Source: a virus (lineage: Duplodnaviria > Caudoviricetes). Taken from it: a DNA stretch of 64,000 nucleotides. Below the pieces are notes generated by a model. It saw nothing but the letters and a program-made list of their open reading frames with translations, had not been told where the DNA came from and made no database searches. Within the stretch, counting starts at the first letter, position 1. Each line of letters opens with the position of its first letter. The DNA is taken from positions 1-64,000 of the IMG/VR virus record IMGVR_UViG_3300028797_000143; one strand, written 5' to 3'. A program made the translations under genes and the position numbers. Of this stretch, positions 56,560 through 64,000 are shown in pieces.

Positions 56560-58037
56560 TGGATTTTCAGCAACAGAAACTTATCCATAAGCAACTGTTA
56601 CTGTCATCAACCCTCCGTTTCACGCAAGGGTTCTTCCAGTACATGAATGGTGCTCCTTACATCGTAGGTGAGCACCATATTAAGATATGCCAATATCTTG
56701 ACAAGGTTGTGAAGGGTGAGATTCAAAAGCTGATAATCAACATAGCTCCGCGCTATGGAAAAACGGAGCTTGTATCCAGAATGTTCCCCGCCTACGGGTT
56801 TGCGCTTAATCCAAGGTCGCTTTTCTTACATCTCAGTTATAGCGGTAGCTTGACACTTGATAATTCCGTTGCAACAAAAGACATTATCAAATCGAAGTAC
56901 TTCCAGAATGTGTTTAATGTAGAGTTTGACCGCCGTATAAATTCAGGCTCGAAATGGAATACAACAGTAGGTGGTGGTGAGTATGCTACCTCTATGCTCG
57001 GACAGATTACAGGTTTCGGTGCAGGTCGTGTAGAGCTTGACTACGATAAGGATGAAGATAAGCTGTTTGATGATTTCACCGCACGTTATAACCCGAATGG
57101 CTTCTCAGGGGCGATTATCATCGATGACCCCATCAAACCAGACGAAGCTTTGAGTGACAAGATACGTGAAAAGGTGAACCTCCGCTTCGAGACAACCATC
57201 CGAAACCGTGTCAACTCCCGCAAGACACCTATCATCATCATCATGCAGCGGCTCCATGAGCATGACCTCTGCGGATACCTTCAGGAGATAGAACCTGACG
57301 AGTGGACTGTCCTCTCACTTCCTGCTATCATGACTGATGGACATGGGAATCAGAGACCGCTATGGCCGTTCAAGTTCACCATCCCCGAGTTGATGAAGAT
57401 TAAGAACGCCAACTCCTATGTCTTCGAGACGCAATACATGCAGAACCCCACCCCGCTCGAAGGACTTATGTACCGCCCGTTCAAGACCTACGAGATACTA
57501 CCTCCGCGTCGCTCTGCGAAGTTTATTGGCAATGTTACCGACCCAGCTGATACGGGAGCGGATTGGCTGTGTTCCATCTGCTTCGATGTACACCCGGAAG
57601 GTTACTATGTCACCGATGTCCTCTATACGAAGAAGCCTGCAGAATACACCGAGCAAGCAATGGCGCAGATGTTATGCAAGAACGAGACGGGTGTTTGCTT
57701 CATAGAGTCCAACAATGGAGGACGATTGTTCATGCGTAACGTGGAGAGGATAACCCGTGAGTACGAAAATAGGCAGACGCAGTTCGTGACCTATACTACC
57801 CACATGAACAAACAGGTGAGAATCTTCTCCCGATCCAATGAGGTGTCTAATATGCTCATCTTCCCACAAGGATGGGAACATAGGTGGCCAGAGTTCTATC
57901 GTGACTTGACATCATACCGAAAAGAGGGCGCGATGGCTCATGACGATGCACCTGACTGCGCAACGGCGGTAATTGAGAGATGTGAGAATTGGGGAGGTAC
58001 GGCTACTGATTCGGAGATACTAAGTGATTTCTTATAA
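56559..58037 (+). CDS. terL: Terminase large subunit
   Basis: PRYGKT Walker A, IIDDP, MQR.HEHDL, C-terminal HDDAPD nuclease motif. Confidence 0.92.
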   Translation: MDFQQQKLIHKQLLLSSTLRFTQGFFQYMNGAPYIVGEHHIKICQYLDKVVKGEIQKLIINIAPRYGKTELVSRMFPAYGFALNPRSLFLHLSYSGSLTLDNSVATKDIIKSKYFQNVFNVEFDRRINSGSKWNTTVGGGEYATSMLGQITGFGAGRVELDYDKDEDKLFDDFTARYNPNGFSGAIIIDDPIKPDEALSDKIREKVNLRFETTIRNRVNSRKTPIIIIMQRLHEHDLCGYLQEIEPDEWTVLSLPAIMTDGHGNQRPLWPFKFTIPELMKIKNANSYVFETQYMQNPTPLEGLMYRPFKTYEILPPRRSAKFIGNVTDPADTGADWLCSICFDVHPEGYYVTDVLYTKKPAEYTEQAMAQMLCKNETGVCFIESNNGGRLFMRNVERITREYENRQTQFVTYTTHMNKQVRIFSRSNEVSNMLIFPQGWEHRWPEFYRDLTSYRKEGAMAHDDAPDCATAVIERCENWGGTATDSEILSDFL

Positions 58038-58038
58038 T

Positions 58039-58677
58039 ATGGAAAAGCTGTCAGTTATTACTATAAACCTCAACAACAAGGAAGGACTTAAGAAGACTAT
58101 AGATAGCGTCATCAAACAGACTTGTTTCAGTCTTCTGGAGTTTATTGTAATCGATGGAGAGAGCACAGATGGAAGCGTAGACGTTATCCGAGAAAACGAA
58201 AGATACTTGAAGTATTGGGTGTCAGAGAAGGATGGTGGAATCTACGATGCCATGAATAAAGGTATACGCATGGCCAACGGGGAATTCTGCCTATTTCTTA
58301 ACAGCGGAGACACATTCCATTCAGAATGCTCCTTTGGCCTATCTATACCATACCTCAACAAAGACATCGTTTATGGCAATATGATAATAGATGGAAAGGT
58401 TGCTACATACCCAGATAGATTAACTAACGGCTATTTCAGATATAACACTCTTCCACACCAAGCTTCGTTTATTCGTACTGCCCTATTGAAGAAGAGAGGA
58501 TATGACACTTCTTATAGAGTTATATCTGATTGGATAAGGTTCAGAGAACTGATAATGGTAGGATGCTCATATAGGCACATAGATGTTCTTGTCAGCGACT
58601 TCGAGCCAGGAGGTATTAGCGCCGATTACAACAAGATAAAGACGGAGCGAAAGAGATATTTGGAATCTATTCAATGA
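58039..58677 (+). CDS. Family 2 glycosyltransferase (host LPS/capsule type)
   Basis: SVITIN.NN..GL..TI.SV..Q...IDG.STDGS...GIYDAMNKG...FLNSGD. Confidence 0.9.
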   Translation: MEKLSVITINLNNKEGLKKTIDSVIKQTCFSLLEFIVIDGESTDGSVDVIRENERYLKYWVSEKDGGIYDAMNKGIRMANGEFCLFLNSGDTFHSECSFGLSIPYLNKDIVYGNMIIDGKVATYPDRLTNGYFRYNTLPHQASFIRTALLKKRGYDTSYRVISDWIRFRELIMVGCSYRHIDVLVSDFEPGGISADYNKIKTERKRYLESIQ

Positions 58678-58686
58678 TTTTAGTAT

Positions 58687-58733
58687 TTTTAACTATAAAT
58701 ATTTGCACAATTCATCAAAAACCCGTACCTTTG
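58687..58733 (+). promoter_or_regulatory. Strong early promoter P5
   Basis: TTTTAACTA-N6-TTTG-N20-TACCTTTG. Confidence 0.85.
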
Positions 58734-58791
58734 TATATAAGAAAGAAAGGAAAGCCCTTTCAAACAGAAACCAATTAAACAGAGTACAGCT

Positions 58792-59256
58792 ATGGGAATG
58801 TTCAGCTTTTTCACACAGGACACCGACGAGAGAATCGTTAATGGCAAGCCAATGCACGTTGTCATGGTAGACAACAAAGGTAATCAGTATGTCGAAGAGT
58901 GCTACGAAGGCTACGGAGTATTTGGAGGCAAGGACTACTACGAACTCCTCGCAGAGATGAATGGTCACGAGGTGGTCAAACTTCTGCACGGCATGGGATA
59001 CGCAGTAGAAGACAAGGATGGTAAGAACCATCACTTCGACTCCGAAGAGCAGGCAAAAGACAAGCTTCGCTCTATAGGCATTGAACTCGCTTTCGACGGA
59101 CACCCTCACGGAGACAATCCGAACGTGTTGCACCCGTCACTCACAGCGAATGGCGAGTATTTCAACGGAGAACCACCCGCCGCAGACCCAGACCAAGGGT
59201 TCACGGATGAGGAGATTTGGGGCGATTACTATGACTTTAACGAGGAGGAAGACTAA
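58792..59256 (+). CDS. Acidic hypothetical protein
   Basis: First gene after P5; leader motif at 58769. Confidence 0.7.
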   Translation: MGMFSFFTQDTDERIVNGKPMHVVMVDNKGNQYVEECYEGYGVFGGKDYYELLAEMNGHEVVKLLHGMGYAVEDKDGKNHHFDSEEQAKDKLRSIGIELAFDGHPHGDNPNVLHPSLTANGEYFNGEPPAADPDQGFTDEEIWGDYYDFNEEED

Positions 59257-59447
59257 TGACACGGCTATTGAAACGCGAAATATGGAGGAACGGAACCTGC
59301 ATTTATTTCATTGAGAAGTATTACGAGAAGTTCGCCTCTGTGCCTCATTGGAGATACGGCGAGTACACAAGCCAAGGTAAGGTTGTCCAGAGTGACGGAT
59401 TACTTAAGAAACCGAGTAAGAAACTAAACTACTTCCAGCTATCATGA
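59256..59447 (+). CDS. Small hypothetical protein
   Basis: Coupled on both sides. Confidence 0.5.
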   Translation: MTRLLKREIWRNGTCIYFIEKYYEKFASVPHWRYGEYTSQGKVVQSDGLLKKPSKKLNYFQLS

Positions 59448-60286
59448 CACAGCTTACAAAGCCCATGTTGGCTACAGGATATGATAAGACCCGTGTGAAG
59501 TTCCCATGCATCGTCCAGACTAAATTGGACGGCGTGAGAGCGCTTCTCTGTTTGATTGGTAATGAGGTACACATCCTTTCACGCACGGGGAAAGAGTATT
59601 ATGTACCACACCTGAGAGAGTGGGCAGAGGGTCACAGAGACCTTCTCCCCCTCGACGGTGAAATCTACGCCTACAAGGATTTGACGTTCCAGCAGATCTG
59701 CTCGGCAGTGAAATGCAAATCGGATTGGACGGATAAGCTTAAGTTCGTGGCGTATGATAGACCAATAACAGAAGAGACAAACATCAAAAGGTGGTCAAAC
59801 CTTCTATCTGACTTGGAAAAGGTACAAGACCCCGTTAATCTCTGCCAGACGATAATATGCCACTCTTTTGAGGAGATAGAACGATGGCATGACTTCTTCG
59901 TACAGCAAGGCTACGAGGGTGCTATCATCCGTAATATGGATGGTATGTATATCGAAGGAAGAAGCGGGAATCTTATGAAGCTGAAGAAATTCGACACTGA
60001 CGAATACGAGATAGCTGATGTGATAGAGGCCAGCGGACAGGACAAGGGCACGGCAATATTCAAGCTGGTGGTGGCCGACTTCCTGTGGACGGAAGAGGCT
60101 CACCCAGCGGGCAAGCCATTTACGTTCTTTGCCCGCCCGACTGGGAGCAAGGTGCTCCGTGCAAGCTATCTGCGAGACCGTGAGAAGCTGATAGGCAAGC
60201 AGTGTACCATCCGGCATTTCGGATTCACGGACGGCGGTGTCATCCCCCGCTTCCCTGTGGCGTTAGGAATTAGAGACTATGAGTAA
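59444..60286 (+). CDS. ATP-dependent DNA ligase
   Basis: KLDGVR, DGEIY, EGAIIR, KLKKF, OB-fold C-terminus. Confidence 0.9.
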   Translation: MTQLTKPMLATGYDKTRVKFPCIVQTKLDGVRALLCLIGNEVHILSRTGKEYYVPHLREWAEGHRDLLPLDGEIYAYKDLTFQQICSAVKCKSDWTDKLKFVAYDRPITEETNIKRWSNLLSDLEKVQDPVNLCQTIICHSFEEIERWHDFFVQQGYEGAIIRNMDGMYIEGRSGNLMKLKKFDTDEYEIADVIEASGQDKGTAIFKLVVADFLWTEEAHPAGKPFTFFARPTGSKVLRASYLRDREKLIGKQCTIRHFGFTDGGVIPRFPVALGIRDYE

Positions 60287-60306
60287 CCAATTAAACAGTA
60301 TGAGTT

Positions 60307-60459
60307 ATGAAGATAGTAACATTGACATTCGTTGTCAGCGACAAGGTGGCTGATGACATTCAGAACGATTTGGCGTGGGGTGATATAGGCAATGCTGTTG
60401 AAACGTTGAATGCGAACTGTGACGAGAGTGACTATGACATAGAAATTATAGACTTATGA
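60307..60459 (+). CDS. Small acidic protein
   Basis: Hand-translated 50 aa; leader motif at 60285. Confidence 0.45.
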   Translation: MKIVTLTFVVSDKVADDIQNDLAWGDIGNAVETLNANCDESDYDIEIIDL

Positions 60460-60463
60460 TGGA

Positions 60464-60496
60464 TAGAGGGAGACTAAGCACTCCCTCTACCTTTTT
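60464..60496 (+). terminator. Intrinsic terminator
   Basis: tagagggag-N8-ctccctcta plus T run. Confidence 0.7.
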
Positions 60497-60501
60497 AGTT
60501 A

Positions 60502-60548
60502 TTTTAACTATTATTCTTTGCGTATCTCACTGAACTTCAGTATCTTTG
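60502..60548 (+). promoter_or_regulatory. Strong early promoter P6
   Basis: TTTTAACTA-N6-TTTG-N20-TATCTTTG. Confidence 0.85.
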
Positions 60549-60604
60549 CATATAGAAAGGAAGGGAGAGCCCTTCGAGTTAAAAACCAATTAAACAAGAA
60601 AGTT

Positions 60605-61276
60605 ATGGAACTAAAAGAAATTCTATTTGGCACCCTGGAGCCGCAAGAGAAGTTGGAGCGCATCAACACCATTTCAGGGAAGACGTTGTTGAAGCCGTAT
60701 GTGATGTTACCCGTCATAAGGCGCATCGTAAAAGAGTGCGGAAAAGAGGGTAACTTCCGTGTTAAGCACGACAGGCAGCTTGGAAATCGATGGAACTCTA
60801 TTGTGAAGGGAATATATAACTACAAAGGAGAAATCTTCGTCGATGTATATATCCAGAGCGATAAGACCGACACCAACATACCAGTCCTCTATGACAACCT
60901 CCTTGGCGGCGGTGTCAGTCGTGTAGAGAGCCACATCGGGAACGCCACGTACCGAGAGGATGAGAAGGAGGCTGTAGTACGAGGGCTTCTTTCAGAGTAT
61001 GTCTATTACAAGTATATCGAGAAGGAGGCGAGAGAAGCGCAGGAGAAGATTGACAACCTACTCCACTACTCGATTACCAATCCCGTTTTTGATTACTACT
61101 ATAAGAGATGGGACGGATGGCATCGTATGGACTTCGACAAAGACCTCAGAAATCGTTATTATGGCGGTAAGGAAGCCGTAGAGGAGTATGCAAAGGCTCA
61201 TGTGGACGAGCTGACAGGCAAGAGCGTCAGTGAGCTTCAAGAGATCTACAAGCAGGTATTCATCGGTAAAATCTAA
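60605..61276 (+). CDS. Hypothetical protein
   Basis: Start moved to MELKEIL; leader motif at 60584. Confidence 0.7.
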   Translation: MELKEILFGTLEPQEKLERINTISGKTLLKPYVMLPVIRRIVKECGKEGNFRVKHDRQLGNRWNSIVKGIYNYKGEIFVDVYIQSDKTDTNIPVLYDNLLGGGVSRVESHIGNATYREDEKEAVVRGLLSEYVYYKYIEKEAREAQEKIDNLLHYSITNPVFDYYYKRWDGWHRMDFDKDLRNRYYGGKEAVEEYAKAHVDELTGKSVSELQEIYKQVFIGKI

Positions 61277-61281
61277 CAGCT

Positions 61282-62191
61282 ATGAAAGGTCAGTTCACGA
61301 AGCCCATAGGCTATATAGAGGAAATCGGCGGTTATGTCATCAAGAAGATATACGACCGCGGAAAGAAGTACATCGTATGGAAGGGCGCTATCTATTGGAG
61401 GTTCGCCAACATACAGCAGGCGCGAAAGTTCGCAACGGAAAGAATACAAAACCAACAACTGAAATTCCTATGAAACAGATAAGTATTGAAGAGGTAAGAA
61501 ACAGCCTCGTAGAGCAGATAAAGGTCAAGCTGAACAAATGCGATGGCAAGTATTATTATTTCGAGGAGTATTTAAATGAGTGCTTCCTCGTCTCTGGCCA
61601 ATGGGTTCCATGCGCTGGCGTTAAGTTGAAGGAAAATGGAGTCCTTGTGTTTGATGTTACCATCATTAACGTGCATGATATTGAAGTGGGGTATAACGAC
61701 CTGATGGTAGAGTCACTTCAAAACATCTTGGATGCAATTCCTTTCGAGGTGCACAAGTTGGAGATAAAGGCTTGTCAAATATCGTCAGCAGAAGTGATGA
61801 CCGTCTTGGAGAAGGAACTATCATATCTCCCATCAGGCGACGAATGCTATTCTATTCTTGACGACTTCCTCGGTGCCGGGTGGGTGCGCGAAGAGGATGA
61901 CCCATATCAGTATTATAAGTACCCGAATACGGAAGACGATAAACATTGGCTCAGTGCCTATTTCAGCTGATGGAACAGAGTATAGATACAAGAACAGCCT
62001 TCATGGAGCTGCAGGCCGCAAGGGACAGGTACAGGAGATTCATGAAGACGTATTGGGACAAAGAGCGCAATCAAGTCATGACCTCCCAACTGAAGACGTT
62101 TGCCATCATCTTCAAGGCAGGCATCATCGCGAGGATGCGGTATGACAAGAGCCTGCTCCAAGCAAAGCGGAAGCTTACTTTAAGTCTTTGA
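61282..62191 (+). other. Hypothetical genes 61282-61473, 61470-61970, 61970-62191
   Basis: Coupled ORFs; starts adjusted to in-frame ATGs. Confidence 0.55.
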
Positions 62192-62201
62192 TTTTCAGTA
62201 T

Positions 62202-62248
62202 TTTTAACTAAAATAGTTTGCGCGTATGCGCAAAAATGCGTACCTTTG
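62202..62248 (+). promoter_or_regulatory. Strong early promoter P7
   Basis: TTTTAACTA-N6-TTTG-N20-TACCTTTG. Confidence 0.85.
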
Positions 62249-62306
62249 CATATAAGGAAGAAGGAGGAGTGCTCCTTTAATCAAGAACCAATTAAACAGA
62301 AAAGTT

Positions 62307-62774
62307 ATGTTACAGACAGAGTTTTACGAAAGGACAAAGGACAACCTCACAGGTGAGGAGTACGCAAAGGTAGAACATCTCTACAATTCAGTCCAGATGG
62401 ATAAGGATGAGTTCTGCAGAGAGTGGATGCGTCACGAGAGGGACGATAAGATGATAGCAGAGCTGATGGTCACCATCAACAACTTGGAACGCAAGAGCCA
62501 GGAGTTGGAGTTAGACAACAAGCGCCTCATGAATGACTTCAAGAAGGCCATGAGGCAGCACGAGGAAGAAGTTAAAAGTGATGCCGCTGCCTATAAGAGA
62601 AGCATGGAGGACTTCGGGCGCAAGATCATCGTGAACGCAAGCGACGATTCCTGCCTTTACAGCATCATCGAGGAGGAGTTCGGAATAGACTTCATCATCA
62701 TGGTAAAGCTTGAAGAGGACATCGACTTGGAGAAGTCCGAGAGAGAGTATCTTGCCAACAAACTAAAGCGCTAA
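62307..62774 (+). CDS. Coiled-coil hypothetical protein
   Basis: First gene after P7; leader motif at 62286. Confidence 0.7.
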   Translation: MLQTEFYERTKDNLTGEEYAKVEHLYNSVQMDKDEFCREWMRHERDDKMIAELMVTINNLERKSQELELDNKRLMNDFKKAMRQHEEEVKSDAAAYKRSMEDFGRKIIVNASDDSCLYSIIEEEFGIDFIIMVKLEEDIDLEKSEREYLANKLKR

Positions 62775-62778
62775 GAAG

Positions 62779-63294
62779 ATGTTACGGTTTGCCTTATTGA
62801 ACTACACTCCCAAGCGGTATATGAGACGTGCCAGCTTCGAGGCGCAGGAGTCAAATCGTTACATCATTGACTTCAAGAACGGACGCAAGTATGCCATCCG
62901 AATCATAACGGATATGGTTTGTGAGACGCTATCGAAGACGAACATGGATAACACCATTATCGTGAACATCCCTGCAAGCTGTGAGAGGACAACAGAGCGG
63001 AGGTACAGGACGTTCATGAATGATGTGTGTGACAGGTGCGGGGCTGTGAATGGCTTCGGGCATGTCCATGTCTTTGGGAAGAGGGAGAAGTCACATATCA
63101 TACGTCACCACAGCCACCTTGACAATGTGAGGATAGACAATGACTTCTTCCGTGGTCGCAGGGTGATAGTGGTTGATGACATCTGTACCACAGGACAGAC
63201 ATCAAATAGTTTCATAGAACGCCTGAAGATGGCAGGTGCCGATGTTCGGATGGCGTTATTCATAGCAAAGACAAAGAAATTCAAAACCAATTAA
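62779..63294 (+). CDS. Phosphoribosyltransferase-fold protein (ComF-like)
   Basis: VIVVDDICTTGQT PRPP-binding motif. Confidence 0.85.
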   Translation: MLRFALLNYTPKRYMRRASFEAQESNRYIIDFKNGRKYAIRIITDMVCETLSKTNMDNTIIVNIPASCERTTERRYRTFMNDVCDRCGAVNGFGHVHVFGKREKSHIIRHHSHLDNVRIDNDFFRGRRVIVVDDICTTGQTSNSFIERLKMAGADVRMALFIAKTKKFKTN

Positions 63295-63301
63295 ACAGAT
63301 T

Positions 63302-64000
63302 ATGGAAAAATCAAAACGGCTCTGTTGGGCACCAACAAAACATTTTACTGAAAATGGGATTGACTATCGCATCAGCATAGAGGTAAGCCTCCATGATGAT
63401 TGTAAGAACGGACATTGTGATTTCCACCTCACAGGAAGCGTGTATAAGTACGGACATCGAAACCCAGAGGTTTGTGGCTGTATTCACGAAGAGATAGAGA
63501 AGTACTTCCCTGAGTTGCGAAAGTTTATCCCGCTGCACTTATGCAACTATCTCGGTCATCCGAGTTACCCAGAGGCAAATGGCCAGTATTTCATCAAGCA
63601 CGAAGGGAAAGAAGTGGCTATGCGTTATTTGCGCATCACTTCGGATGAGTTCTCGAAGTTGTCGGCTGTAGGAGATAAAGAAGAGCGTCCTTACTTCAAG
63701 TACCTCCTATACAAACTTGGAATAGTAGACCGCTGGAAGACGGAGGCTGATGAGTTCATCGCTTTCCTCGAAGAAAAGACAGGGATGAAGTGGGAAAACC
63801 CTTACGCTGAAAGCGGTGAACGTAACGTGATGCATCTAACAGATGAAGAACGTGAATCTATAGAGAAAGCAGTTGCCTTGGGTTATTACACGCCACAGGC
63901 CATCGAAGAGCGTGTAAGAGTGCGTCATCAGGCCATACAACAGGCGAAACGTGATGAGGTTATCAAACGCTATGAGGAAGAGACCCGCAAAGCCCGTGAG
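63302..64000 (+). CDS. Hypothetical protein, truncated by right edge (not in ORF track)
   Basis: MEKSKRLCW...HDDCKNGHCDF..TG...CGCIHEEI; open to edge; leader motif at 63285. Confidence 0.75.
   Translation, partial: MEKSKRLCWAPTKHFTENGIDYRISIEVSLHDDCKNGHCDFHLTGSVYKYGHRNPEVCGCIHEEIEKYFPELRKFIPLHLCNYLGHPSYPEANGQYFIKHEGKEVAMRYLRITSDEFSKLSAVGDKEERPYFKYLLYKLGIVDRWKTEADEFIAFLEEKTGMKWENPYAESGERNVMHLTDEERESIEKAVALGYYTPQAIEERVRVRHQAIQQAKRDEVIKRYEEETRKARE

Noticed and set aside
1-64000. Stop-codon recoding (genetic code 15 or 4)
   Set aside because: Long genes are intact under code 11, and TAG, TGA and TAA all end coupled genes
1-64000. DGR reverse transcriptase/template repeat or retron inside the window
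   Set aside because: No YxDD RT ORF and no second copy of the VR-like sequence noticed; not exhaustively searched

Overview
A 64-kb segment of a temperate tailed (siphovirus-like) phage of a Bacteroidales host, inferred from the pervasive TTTG-N19/20-TAnnTTTG promoter syntax and the gene families. It appears to be in excised or virion form, because an intact attP (3' half of a CAT-anticodon tRNA) has phage DNA on both sides. Left to right: (1) a leftward tail operon from tape measure protein to a truncated receptor-binding gene ending in a DGR-type variable region; (2) a rightward lysis cassette; (3) a Cys-rich accessory operon; (4) early gene cassettes behind seven near-identical strong promoters; (5) attP/integrase/immunity switch; (6) recombination and lambdoid-style replication genes; (7) a 10-kb methyltransferase/glycosyltransferase/ParB/PAPS-reductase cluster leading into the terminase genes; (8) further early cassettes with a DNA ligase. 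Top candidates for undescribed biology are two tandem promoter-to-terminator small RNAs at about 36 kb, one antisense to a 13-mer found in at least 10 early-gene leaders, then the modification cluster and the Cys-rich operon. All functions were assigned by motif recognition only; no database searches were run.
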